Of a DNA stretch of 64,000 bases, positions 45,573-54,977 are shown piece by piece. Both the position numbers and the translations under genes were made by a program. The notes beneath the pieces were generated by a model. It searched no databases. It was not told the origin of the DNA and worked only from the letters and a program-made list of their open reading frames with translations. The first letter of the stretch is position 1. Each line of letters begins with the position of its first letter. Origin of the DNA: Candidatus Melainabacteria bacterium 17Bon1m (GTDB lineage Bacteria; Cyanobacteriota; Vampirovibrionia; Obscuribacterales; Obscuribacteraceae); NCBI GenBank assembly GCA_032128875.1, contig JAVLKG010000001.1:672001-736000 (forward strand). Direction: 5' to 3'.

Positions 45573-46950
45573 ATTGTGGACTGGCTATAGACGCAGCGGG
45601 ACCCAGATATTTGCAAATCACCGAGCCGCCGTTGCAAGACGCATTTCTGGAAAGATTGCAGCCGAGAAACCAGGATGGGTTGCAGCTGCCATAAGGGTAC
45701 GGCGGATTTTGCCAACTGGTGGCAGGTGACGCCGGTGATCCGCCCGGAGGGCAGACCTCGGCACCAGCATTATTGGTGCAGTTGGTGCAGCCATACGGAA
45801 AGACTCCCGCAATTTTGAAGTTTTGCCCGAAAAGAGCTTTGTTTTCAAATTGTTTGACATAAGCAATTTTCGGCGGAGTCGGACGAGTATCGACAACAGT
45901 ATTGAACTGCTGCTGTCCTCCAGTTATCGTCCATCTGAATTTTGAATTCAAACCATTAACAAGGCTGATGTCCAGTGTTTCTTGTGCATTGACACCCTGG
46001 CATGTATTGTTCAACGTGCATTCGGCGACGTTGATCCCTTGCGGATACAAATTGGTTCCGCACAATTGATTGAATGAACCTTGCGAAAAGTTCGCGGAGA
46101 TTGGTGCCGTATTGCTGCTTGTCACAGAATACCCTGGGGTGCCCCTGGCTGGCAGAGTCATGTATCCGAGCGTAGTATTGCCGGACGAAACATAGGTCAT
46201 GGCAGGAAAGACTGCCTGGACATCCTGGACTGCAGAACAACCACCGATGGGTTGAAGCTGCATGTAGAGGACGACCGGTTGAGAGTACCAATTCTCCACA
46301 GTCAGGGTGGTTGTGGAAGCTGTACAGCTAGTAGCTGTCGCTGCTAGAGGACCACTTGGTGCGGCATCCTGAGCAGAATAGAAAACGGTGTCCAGTATCT
46401 TCTTTACTGGGTTGCCATTCACCTGAATGTCATCAATAAGAAATTTGCCTTTTTGGCTATGGGAAGAGGGAGAAAAGACGACCTTACTTACAGTATTTCG
46501 TTCGGGAATTCCCAGTCTCGTTTTGTCCAGAAGAACCTTTTGAAACTCTCCTTTCACTGCCTTGCTTGGTTGAATCGATGCAAATGCCTTCTGGTGAGAA
46601 CGCTCTGGCGAGTAGTATTCAATCATCGCTTCGACTGCTGTGTCGCCTTTATAGGAAAAGCTGATAGTATCGAGCCCTAACAGTGAAGAATTGGCGTCGT
46701 CAGAAGTGAGGATCACGCCAGGATATGTTCCTGCCGGCGGATTTGACGAGTTGGTTTTGACAAGGAAAGGATTCCTCTTGCCAGTGCTTACGACGCTGGA
46801 CAAAAAATGCTTACTGTTCGGCTTTTCAGCTGTAATGAATGGAGTGGCAACCAGGTTAACAGGTGCGCCCGCGCCAGCCAAGGACATCATGCCGACAGTA
46901 CATGTGCACGCGAATGCCAGCAAAACGCAAAGTTTTGGAAGTTTTTTCAT
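45571..46950 (-). CDS. Exported Cys-rich protein with a C-terminal thaumatin-like domain
   Basis: Signal peptide; TLTVEN...PV, VAECTLN, LDISLVNGLN match thaumatin/PR-5 motifs; many Cys. Confidence 0.65.
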   Translation of the reverse strand: MKKLPKLCVLLAFACTCTVGMMSLAGAGAPVNLVATPFITAEKPNSKHFLSSVVSTGKRNPFLVKTNSSNPPAGTYPGVILTSDDANSSLLGLDTISFSYKGDTAVEAMIEYYSPERSHQKAFASIQPSKAVKGEFQKVLLDKTRLGIPERNTVSKVVFSPSSHSQKGKFLIDDIQVNGNPVKKILDTVFYSAQDAAPSGPLAATATSCTASTTTLTVENWYSQPVVLYMQLQPIGGCSAVQDVQAVFPAMTYVSSGNTTLGYMTLPARGTPGYSVTSSNTAPISANFSQGSFNQLCGTNLYPQGINVAECTLNNTCQGVNAQETLDISLVNGLNSKFRWTITGGQQQFNTVVDTRPTPPKIAYVKQFENKALFGQNFKIAGVFPYGCTNCTNNAGAEVCPPGGSPASPATSWQNPPYPYGSCNPSWFLGCNLSRNASCNGGSVICKYLGPAASIASPQ

Positions 46951-47030
46951 GACCTTTCCCCCCGTCTCGATTGTACCTGGATAATTCGCGAGCGGTAATC
47001 ACCTTTTATCGCTAACCAATTTGGGGGAGA

Positions 47031-48092
47031 TCAAGCGAGTCCTTCGAAAATCCATAGACCGAATTGGTTGAATCGAGCTTCACCAGGCGTTTCGAAGCGA
47101 CCGCAGTGATAGAGGTTGAGTAAATATGTTTGATTGGTGATTTTCGAACTGAACTGCATCGAATCTCCGATATTCCATGTGAGTGCAACACATTGGAATT
47201 CGTGAAACTCATATAGAACGTCGTGCGCGACTTCCACCGGTAATAGCTCATACGGTATCTGTGCGTCTGCGTATCCCAGAGCGTGCATGCCGACTGTGAA
47301 GAGGCAGGCATTTTCTTCGTCATTATAAATTTTGCAAAACGCTGCACAAACGTTTGCTGGAGTTTCCTCTGCCGCGCAATTGAAAATCTCCTCGCAGGCA
47401 TTTACTTGATTGGAGTTTCTGAACAATGCAATTGGTGCATTGACTGCTCGCATCAAAGGATCAAGCGTGTGGAGCAACTGTGATGCAACGTCGTATTGAT
47501 TTCTTGTTTGCTGGACAAACTCCGTGTTGGGTGCTTGCAGGTGAAAAAACTGAGTGTGGTTGTGAACATATTCTGCGTGAAAATTCGCACGTGTTCCACG
47601 CGTGAGCTCAATTATCGCATCGGCCCAAACCGGGTTGCGGTCAAGGATTTCCATGTCATAGATGACAGTGCCGTGTTTGCGTAAAAGAGTCTTCCCATCG
47701 GATTGCAATTCTCTGCGTTTGTTTACTCTTATGAAAATGTCAGCCGGATCCGAAAGCTGAATCGGCAGCAGGACCGATATTTTTTGTTTGATTGGCGGTC
47801 CTGGATCTGGGTTTTTCGCCAGGTTATAGCGGTTTCTCGCATCGTCGATTCTTTCCCACAAAATCGACGATGATTTCGGATCTGCATCGTAAAGCTCTTC
47901 GGCTTTGTCGACGTCTGCTAGGGCCTCATCGACATTTCCAGTTGAGAAAACCGCCTCTGCACGAATGAGAAGAGCGTCAATGCTCGGCTCCAACTCTATT
48001 GCTGCACTCAGTTCTACAATTGCTTGTTGAGTGTCGCCGCGCGCCAAGGCAGCGCGTGCTTCTTCGAGTCGCTCCTTTGCGGCTTCCGACAA
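47031..48092 (-). CDS. TPR-containing protein with a DUF4261-like C-terminal domain
   Basis: N-terminal TPR pair; FTVGMHALGYADAQI and RFNQFGLW motifs. Confidence 0.6.
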   Translation of the reverse strand: MSEAAKERLEEARAALARGDTQQAIVELSAAIELEPSIDALLIRAEAVFSTGNVDEALADVDKAEELYDADPKSSSILWERIDDARNRYNLAKNPDPGPPIKQKISVLLPIQLSDPADIFIRVNKRRELQSDGKTLLRKHGTVIYDMEILDRNPVWADAIIELTRGTRANFHAEYVHNHTQFFHLQAPNTEFVQQTRNQYDVASQLLHTLDPLMRAVNAPIALFRNSNQVNACEEIFNCAAEETPANVCAAFCKIYNDEENACLFTVGMHALGYADAQIPYELLPVEVAHDVLYEFHEFQCVALTWNIGDSMQFSSKITNQTYLLNLYHCGRFETPGEARFNQFGLWIFEGLA

Positions 48093-48113
48093 TTGGGCTC
48101 CTTCTCAACCAGT

Positions 48114-49535
48114 CTAGCCAGAAGTGCTTTGAGCGCCTGTCTTTGGCTGCTCGAGGCGAACCAGCATCATCGGCTGAGTATTAGTAGCGCTGTAGTGCAC
48201 CAGAACAGGCGCGTCCGCTTTTGTCAGGTCTGCCAGACTGGTGTCGAATACGGTGCCATTGTTCTGCCCGATACTGAAGGAAATTCGTTGAGTTGCCTTG
48301 TCGAGAGAACCGTAAACAGTTGATGTTTCTTGGGTCAATTGATTGAAGTAATTGCCTCTGATGGTGCCATCTTTATTGATGGCAAGCTGGAAAAGCATAG
48401 ATGATTCTGTTTGCCCAGCTTGTGCAAGTGAAAAAACACCAAGTGAGCGCCAGTTGTCCGGATCGGTGGTGGCCCCTTCAGAGTTCTCGGTTGAAAAATC
48501 CTGGTAGCCACGCGAAGCCAGACCAACAGACTGATTGTAATAGTCGGTGGTTGAGCCTTGCGGCGTACCATTTATATAAACGTTGTCGCCTTCATAAGTT
48601 ACGTTTGAGACTGACGAGGGGCTGTTGTTATTACTGCCGCCTCCGCCGCCTCCACCACCGGACATGCCAGCCATTGCTGCGATGCCCAAAAAGGAAGTGA
48701 GTGAAGTTAGTCCCATGCAGGTCCATGCGGTAGCTGCAGACCAGCCAGGGCAATACCAGCCGCCCGGATAACCCCACCAGGCACCGTGCGCGCCGTAGCC
48801 GTAACCATAGCCACCATAACCGCCCCAGTGATTGAAGTTGTTGACGTTGTAAGTGTTGAAATTATTGCGGATTGAGTTGTTGTTGAAAGTGTTGTTTGTC
48901 TGATTCCAGTTGTGGAAATTGTTGTTGTTGAAATTGCCGTTTTTCCACTTTGACATATTGCCAAAACCGCCATCGGTAGGGAAATGCGAACCGCCGCCTC
49001 CCCAATTCGGATGGTTGCCACCATTAGGATAATTCGGATGGTTGCCGCCAAAGCCTGGCTTGTTGTCGATGCCACCGCCACCAATATTAGGCCTGTTCGT
49101 AAAGTTGCCTTTGTCGAAGCCACCGCTGCCGAAAGCTTGGCCTCCGTGATTCTGAGCTATCGAGCCGAATCCGCCACCGAATGCACTGTCTCCGCTGCGC
49201 CCTCCGAAGCCGCCGCCTTCGAATCCGCGGTCGAAGCCGCCGCCTTCGAATCCGCGGTCGAAGCTCCCGCCGCCGAAGCCGCGGTCGAAACTGCCGCCGC
49301 CTCCGCCGAAGCTGCGATCGAAGCTGCCGCCGCCTCCACCGAAGCTGCGATCAAAACCGCCACCGCCTCCGAAAGCTCTGCCGCCGCCGAAGTCACCACC
49401 ACCGCCGAAGGAGCGGCCGCCTCCGAATCCACCCCCGCCACCAAAGTGACCGGCACCTCCGAAGCCGCGTGCATAGGCTGGCACCATCATTGATAGGTAC
49501 AAACAAATAGATGTAAGAGCAACGAGTCTGCGCAT
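48114..49535 (-). CDS. Exported Gly/Asn-rich protein with a conserved C-terminal globular domain
   Basis: Signal peptide; (F)DR(S/G)FGGGG repeats; Asn-rich tract; WRSLGVFSL, FQLAINKDGTIRGNY, VYGSLDKATQR, VLVH, LVRL. Confidence 0.8.
   Translation of the reverse strand: MRRLVALTSICLYLSMMVPAYARGFGGAGHFGGGGGFGGGRSFGGGGDFGGGRAFGGGGGFDRSFGGGGGSFDRSFGGGGGSFDRGFGGGSFDRGFEGGGFDRGFEGGGFGGRSGDSAFGGGFGSIAQNHGGQAFGSGGFDKGNFTNRPNIGGGGIDNKPGFGGNHPNYPNGGNHPNWGGGGSHFPTDGGFGNMSKWKNGNFNNNNFHNWNQTNNTFNNNSIRNNFNTYNVNNFNHWGGYGGYGYGYGAHGAWWGYPGGWYCPGWSAATAWTCMGLTSLTSFLGIAAMAGMSGGGGGGGGSNNNSPSSVSNVTYEGDNVYINGTPQGSTTDYYNQSVGLASRGYQDFSTENSEGATTDPDNWRSLGVFSLAQAGQTESSMLFQLAINKDGTIRGNYFNQLTQETSTVYGSLDKATQRISFSIGQNNGTVFDTSLADLTKADAPVLVHYSATNTQPMMLVRLEQPKTGAQSTSG
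49130..49470 (-). repeat. Coding low-complexity repeats (R[SAG]F[GE]GGG..FD)
   Basis: Repeated GAAGCCGCCGCC/CCGCCGAAG units on the plus strand. Confidence 0.85.
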
Positions 49536-49593
49536 TTTAGTAGTTCCTGTGTCTCGTGTTCTGAGCGAGTAGATTGACGCCGATTAACTCTGA

Positions 49594-50553
49594 CTATTGG
49601 CTTACGCGCTTGACTGTCAGCGGCTCGGTATCGGGATACATGACACCATCAGCATTGCGCTTAATCGACTGCCATTGAAATGAATCGTTGTTATTCAGTG
49701 TGATTACGTTGGTTGCAGCAGACTGCCATCCTGATTGTTCGATGCCTTCCGCTTTGATTAACCATTTGTTGTTGTCTTTGCTCCAGTTGCCGTAGCCGAA
49801 TCCGCCGCTGGAATCAAAATGCCATGAAACGATTTGATTTCTGGTCGGATCCCATCCGATGACTTGAATGTCTATGCGAGGCTTGTTGCCCGGGCGCGAC
49901 AATACGTAAGTCAGTCGCAGGAAATGTCCATCGCCGACTTTCTCTGCGGTCATTTTTACTTTGGCGTCGCCTTGCTCCGCGCTCCATTCTCCGACCAGCC
50001 AATTAAGATCGGCAAGACGATCTGCTGCAGATGCTTGACGCACTGACGTTTCCGACGCGGATTGAATGAGCCAGTTGCCGCCTTTGTTTTGCAAAAGCAT
50101 GGTGAATCTCGCATCAATATGTTTGCCGGCCGATGTTTGACGCGTCGTGCTGCCTTCAATCCACGCACTGTCATTGCCGATTATGCGTATGTTGGATGGT
50201 TCGAGTTTTAGCGACGACTTCGTATCGGGTCTTACGTGACTGGTGAAGTGTTCTTTCAGCGATTGGCGCCCTTCGTGGCGAACGCCGTCTTCATCTATGT
50301 AGGCACCGTCCAGAGTAAAGAATGACGCCATTCTCTCGGCGTCGCCTTTGGCGGCTGCGTCAGCGAGGGAGGAGAGCTGGTTTCTGATCACTGTTTCTGA
50401 ATCGCCTTGAGGCAAAGACTTGGCTGTGGAAACTTTCGCTGTTGCTTTCGTTGTTTTCGCAGATTTTGCAAAGCTCGCCTGCGGCGCAAAATTAGCTGTC
50501 AGTGCCGATGTGACGGCTGCCAATATGAAGATATTTCGCCTTGAATTTCTCAT
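49594..50553 (-). CDS. Exported SgcJ/EcaC (DUF4440, NTF2-like) family protein
   Basis: Signal peptide; GDAERMASFFTLDGAY...GRQ, WLIQS, LADLNWLVGEW, VIGWDP...IVSWHFDSSGGFG. Confidence 0.8.
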   Translation of the reverse strand: MRNSRRNIFILAAVTSALTANFAPQASFAKSAKTTKATAKVSTAKSLPQGDSETVIRNQLSSLADAAAKGDAERMASFFTLDGAYIDEDGVRHEGRQSLKEHFTSHVRPDTKSSLKLEPSNIRIIGNDSAWIEGSTTRQTSAGKHIDARFTMLLQNKGGNWLIQSASETSVRQASAADRLADLNWLVGEWSAEQGDAKVKMTAEKVGDGHFLRLTYVLSRPGNKPRIDIQVIGWDPTRNQIVSWHFDSSGGFGYGNWSKDNNKWLIKAEGIEQSGWQSAATNVITLNNNDSFQWQSIKRNADGVMYPDTEPLTVKRVSQ

Positions 50554-50843
50554 CGTTTCCTCGAAGAAAATTGAAGTTACCCGGCGGCGACTGAAAAAAT
50601 TGCACTATCCGCAAAATGCCGATACGACTCGATCAGCCCCAAAGAGCAATACCAATATTAACCGCTTGCAAATTCTCCCGGACAGCCGGAGACGGTCTGG
50701 CTGTGTGCCGAACTTAACATTATGGTAATTTCACCATTGCCATTTAATCTTAGAAATGCGATTCTTACACCATCAAATAAGCGTTGCGTCCCATATTTCT
50801 ACTTTTCCGGTGATGTAAAGAGTCGCCAGAAGGAGTTTTATTC

Positions 50844-51158
50844 ATGCCTCAGTCTATGGATCGTTCATTGATTGCCACCACCACCACGCGCGCTCGCCGA
50901 GTGACCAGAGAGGAAGTGGTCAAACTGAAAGTGACCACTGAAAAGAAAGGTTTCTTGAGTGGCATCGGAAATTTCTTCAAATCGATGGCACTCATGCTGT
51001 CGGTAAAGCCTGCCGCAAAACCAAAGACCGACTGCAAAGTTGCTGGTCACGTAATGCCGGCATCCGGTTGGCCTGCAGGCAAGTTTCCATTATGTGTAGA
51101 TTGCGGTCAGCAGATCAACAGCGCCACCCAATTGAGAAACTCGGTCTGGAAAGCTTAG
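50844..51158 (+). CDS. Small basic protein with a C-x3-GH...CxxC zinc-ribbon-like motif
   Basis: AAGGAG RBS; CKVAGH...CVDCG; downstream terminator. Confidence 0.7.
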   Translation: MPQSMDRSLIATTTTRARRVTREEVVKLKVTTEKKGFLSGIGNFFKSMALMLSVKPAAKPKTDCKVAGHVMPASGWPAGKFPLCVDCGQQINSATQLRNSVWKA

Positions 51159-51243
51159 AACAAGCTGCTCTCCACGGTCGAGCTAATCGCATGTACTCTT
51201 GCGCGTAGCATGCTAAGTATCGACTAACACAAAGAGAATTTAG

Positions 51244-51269
51244 AAACCCACCTTCGCCGGTGGGTTTTT
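51244..51269. terminator. Intrinsic terminator (probably bidirectional)
   Basis: AAACCCACC-TTCGCC-GGTGGGTTT-TT. Confidence 0.85.
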
Positions 51270-51308
51270 GTTGTATGTAAGTAAGAGGTCTTTGTATAAC
51301 CTCAATAC

Positions 51309-52757
51309 TTAGATGTGAGCTTTTGTTTTGTCAGTTGTTGGTGTGGTGCCGGCAGCTTCCGTCTCTGTCTTGTCAGACAGGCTGAGCTTCGTGCAGGGTG
51401 CCAGGATAAGAGTCATATCAATGGAAGAATGCGGCTCTACCATGACGTTGACTGGCCAAGTAGTCAATTGAGGAAGCTTCTCTTTCAATCTTTCGGTAAC
51501 GGCATTGTCGGCGCGATAACTCATTTGCACAATTTGTTCGTGCTGGCAGTCGGCCATATCACCGCGCATGATGTAGCGAACCTTGTATCCAAGCCCGTTG
51601 AGAGCTGTTTCCAACGAACGCGCTTCTTGTTCTTGTCCTTTTGGATACTTGATTGTGAGCTTGACCGGGCGATCGGTCTCGTCACTGTATGTGGTGGCAG
51701 CGGTGGCTGCGTCACTTCCATACTCTTGTCGTTTTTCTTCCTGCTCGGCAACTGAGATTTTCTCATTGAGCATACGGCTGAAAACCACAGAGCAAGCCTC
51801 TGGATCGGGTATCCAATAGCTGCCACCATGAATGTATTCTGCGTGTCCAGGCAAGGTGGCGGTTTGAACTTGTTGCGGTTGGATGTCTTTGCCGAAGTTG
51901 GCGACTTTGGCCATATCTTCTGCTGTCATGTCGGTGACAACGTATTCGTTTGCAAACTTGAAGAGATCGGGCAACTTCAGTAGTACTGCGGGTTCTTTAA
52001 GCTTTTTAGAAACCTGACGCATAAACCATTGTTGGCGTTCTATGCGACCGATATCACCTTTTGGATCATGGCGAAAACGTACATATTCTTCAACTTGCTT
52101 TGGACTGAGAGTTTGCAAACCAGGCTCCAAATCAACATGCAAGCCTGCTGCACGATCTCTGTAACGCATGCGCTTTTCGACCATGATCTCCATTGGTCCG
52201 AGCGCTTCAAAAAGTTTTTTCAGACCCTCAGTGTCAACGACAACATAGTGATCGATCGGCACCGCAAAAGCTTCTTTGACGGCTTCAACAGCCAATTCTG
52301 GTCCGCCGAGTGCGTGCGCTGAATTGATTTTGTCGATGCCGTGAGAGCCTGGCAGTTTTACTCGGCTGTCACGCGGTATAGAGACGAGCCCAACGCGTTT
52401 CAACTCCGGATCTATATGAACCAGCATCATCGTGTCGGAGCGAGTGTTGAGAAAACGCTGTGCGTGCCTGCCGTTCGAGTCAACTCCCATGCACAAAATA
52501 TTCATGCCGTGATCGAGTGTCGGCAGCAAATTGATCTTTGGCATGTTGGAAAACAGCGTCTGTTTTGCGGGCGCGTCTTCAACAATAATTACCGGAGCCG
52601 GATGCGCACCGGGGAGGCCCGGGAAAATCGGACGCTTTGTGAAGTGAATTATTGAGAGCCCGACCAGCACTCCAAAGAGTGTTGCCCCCAGAATTTGCAG
52701 GGCAGTTGGTGATTCGGGGTATCTGCTGCTCACGAGAATTTCCCGCCTTGTGGACAA
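51309..52757 (-). CDS. LytR-CpsA-Psr (LCP) family transferase with a LytR_C-like tail
   Basis: N-terminal TM; NILCMGVD, RSDTMM, SIPRDSRV, KINSA, YVRFRH, DIGRIERQQ. Confidence 0.93.
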   Translation of the reverse strand: MSTRREILVSSRYPESPTALQILGATLFGVLVGLSIIHFTKRPIFPGLPGAHPAPVIIVEDAPAKQTLFSNMPKINLLPTLDHGMNILCMGVDSNGRHAQRFLNTRSDTMMLVHIDPELKRVGLVSIPRDSRVKLPGSHGIDKINSAHALGGPELAVEAVKEAFAVPIDHYVVVDTEGLKKLFEALGPMEIMVEKRMRYRDRAAGLHVDLEPGLQTLSPKQVEEYVRFRHDPKGDIGRIERQQWFMRQVSKKLKEPAVLLKLPDLFKFANEYVVTDMTAEDMAKVANFGKDIQPQQVQTATLPGHAEYIHGGSYWIPDPEACSVVFSRMLNEKISVAEQEEKRQEYGSDAATAATTYSDETDRPVKLTIKYPKGQEQEARSLETALNGLGYKVRYIMRGDMADCQHEQIVQMSYRADNAVTERLKEKLPQLTTWPVNVMVEPHSSIDMTLILAPCTKLSLSDKTETEAAGTTPTTDKTKAHI

Positions 52758-52876
52758 TCCCAGGCTGATGTTTACAACCGGCTTCTAAAAATCTTATCCC
52801 CAAGATCTGTTAGCTATACTGAACTCACTAGAATATTTCAGATAGATTTTACGAGGTCTTATCAGAGGAGCGCGCC

Positions 52877-53539
52877 GTGCAGTTATTTCTCGACACCGCT
52901 AATGTGGAAGAAATCAAGGAAATCAACGCCTGGGGCGTGCTTTCCGGTATAACAACCAACCCCAGTTTGATTGTGAAGGAAGGCCGGGACTTCAAAACGG
53001 TCGTTAAGGAAATTTGCAACATAGTTGATGGACCTGTCAGCGCCGAGGTCACGGCGGAAGACGTCGATGGCATGGTCAAGCAAGGACTGGACATCGCCAC
53101 CTGGGCAGAAAACGTCGTAGTAAAGTGCCCACTGACTGCAAATGGCTTGGCTGCTACCTCTCAGCTCTCGAAAAAGGGCATCAAGGTCAATGTCACTCTG
53201 TGCTTTTCTGCCAACCAGGCTCTTCTCGCCGCTCGTGCCGGTGCTTATTTCATCAGCCCATTCGTCGGCCGCCTGGATGACATCAATCAGGACGGGTCTG
53301 CTCTGGTAGCTGAAATCGTCGAGATGTACCACATGCAGGGGCTGGACACCAAAGTCTTGGCTGCTTCCATTCGCACCCCCGTACATGTAACCCAGGCTGC
53401 GCTGGCAGGCGCGGACGTAGCGACGATGCCTTATAAGGTCTTCAAAATGCTGGTCAAGCACCCGCTGACTGACACTGGATTGGCTCTCTTTGCTGCCGAC
53501 TGGGCGAAAGCAAACGAAGCGGTGGCGGCCAAGAAGTAA
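52877..53539 (+). CDS. tal: Transaldolase, small (FSA/TalC) type
   Basis: [53 protein letters not shown]. Confidence 0.95.
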   Translation: MQLFLDTANVEEIKEINAWGVLSGITTNPSLIVKEGRDFKTVVKEICNIVDGPVSAEVTAEDVDGMVKQGLDIATWAENVVVKCPLTANGLAATSQLSKKGIKVNVTLCFSANQALLAARAGAYFISPFVGRLDDINQDGSALVAEIVEMYHMQGLDTKVLAASIRTPVHVTQAALAGADVATMPYKVFKMLVKHPLTDTGLALFAADWAKANEAVAAKK

Positions 53540-53701
53540 CCAGTTTGCAAGGGAATTCCGCTGCTATCTAGCCGTAGTGCCCCGAATTGGAAAATTCGGG
53601 GTAAAAACGCTTTTGCACTGGCGAAATCAATGACAGAATGGGAAAATCGGCTGATAATGCCATAAGATTCGGGATCTGGGTCAATATCGAACCAGGGGTA
53701 A

Positions 53702-54961
53702 ATGTCCACAAAAGTCTCCACGATGTCTGAGCAATCTCAAGGACCCAGCGGATTTATCGAGCTGGGCGGCGAGATGTTCCTCGTCGACTATGGACGGATT
53801 TGTGCAGCTGACGGCAGCCAGTGCGGTTATCTGTACGAAGACGGTTATTTGAAAGGAAACTTTGGACCGCTCACCGAAAAGCACGGGCTGGTAGCAATTG
53901 ACGATATCGAAGGCTGCGTTTTCCGCGGCATCGATTCATCGGGCATGGAGCTGGATCTGCCCGGAGTGCGGGTCGGACCGGACGGCACGCTCAAATACAA
54001 CGGTGTGGTTCTGACTGTCATTAACGGACGCATTGCTACTCAAGATCACCGTCTCGTAGGCGAGTTCGACGATGAAGGGGAGATTTATGTTCGCGACCGT
54101 GAAATAAAAGAGCCTCGTCGAAAGCTCGATGAAAACACTCAACTTAATTCCTATTTTGAAGGAAACAGGTCAGACGGATCCGCCTGGACTCACGAATTCG
54201 GACGCCCGCTCTACCGGAAGAACCTTTCCTACTCCGACAATGAAATCATTCGCTACTTTGATGATTTCGATAAATTGAACCAACCCCAAAAGCAATACGT
54301 CATGGAAAGTATGCGTTTATGGGCTTCTTGTGGGCTTCTGCAAATCGTCAGAAAGAGTGAAGGCGTTGCGCAATTCGGCAATGTTCGTCATGGTGCAGCC
54401 GGTGTCACGGGCGTAAGGCATGGCAACGTCACGCTCGACAAAGAAGAGTTCGAGAAAGAAATCATGCTCTACAAGCGGTTTGGTCCGCTTGCCGTCATCG
54501 CCATTCGCTTGCAGCCCTATGTTGAAGTGCGCGTCAATCTGGTCGTTTCGCACGAGTTTGGGCACCAACTTGAATTTGTTCTTTCGCAGGCTTCGCAAAC
54601 ACTCATCACCGAGCTATACGAAAAGCACAAAGCAAAGAGCGGGCGCCATTACCCGCTGCCCAACGGCTACGAGGGCTACGCTGAAGTTTTAACTCCTCAG
54701 CAAGTTCATCAGCGCGTGTTTATTTCCGGCTACGCGCGTACCAGCATGCACGAGTATTGGGCTGAATGTGTTGCGGCATTCTCAGTCAGAGAGAGCCGCA
54801 AGATGCTGAAGGAGCTTGATCCTGGCGCGTATGCGATTCTTCGTGATGTCGTCACCAATCCATCTAAAATGATAAGACCTGTTTTCAGAGAACAGATAAT
54901 GGACCTTCAAACCAGCCTGAGAATCGGCGGTGAGTACACTGAAAGCTTGATTGCTGATTGA
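53702..54961 (+). CDS. Zinc metallopeptidase, anthrax-lethal-factor/M34-like C-terminal domain
   Basis: HEFGH followed by ISGYART..HEYWAE and LKELDP; beta-rich N-terminus; no signal peptide. Confidence 0.7.
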   Translation: MSTKVSTMSEQSQGPSGFIELGGEMFLVDYGRICAADGSQCGYLYEDGYLKGNFGPLTEKHGLVAIDDIEGCVFRGIDSSGMELDLPGVRVGPDGTLKYNGVVLTVINGRIATQDHRLVGEFDDEGEIYVRDREIKEPRRKLDENTQLNSYFEGNRSDGSAWTHEFGRPLYRKNLSYSDNEIIRYFDDFDKLNQPQKQYVMESMRLWASCGLLQIVRKSEGVAQFGNVRHGAAGVTGVRHGNVTLDKEEFEKEIMLYKRFGPLAVIAIRLQPYVEVRVNLVVSHEFGHQLEFVLSQASQTLITELYEKHKAKSGRHYPLPNGYEGYAEVLTPQQVHQRVFISGYARTSMHEYWAECVAAFSVRESRKMLKELDPGAYAILRDVVTNPSKMIRPVFREQIMDLQTSLRIGGEYTESLIAD

Positions 54962-54977
54962 CGACGAAGACTATTCA

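Noticed and set aside
50680-50704. Hairpin ACAGCCGGA...TCTGGCTGT as REP or terminator
   Set aside because: Single copy, no GTAG head or U-tract; insufficient support
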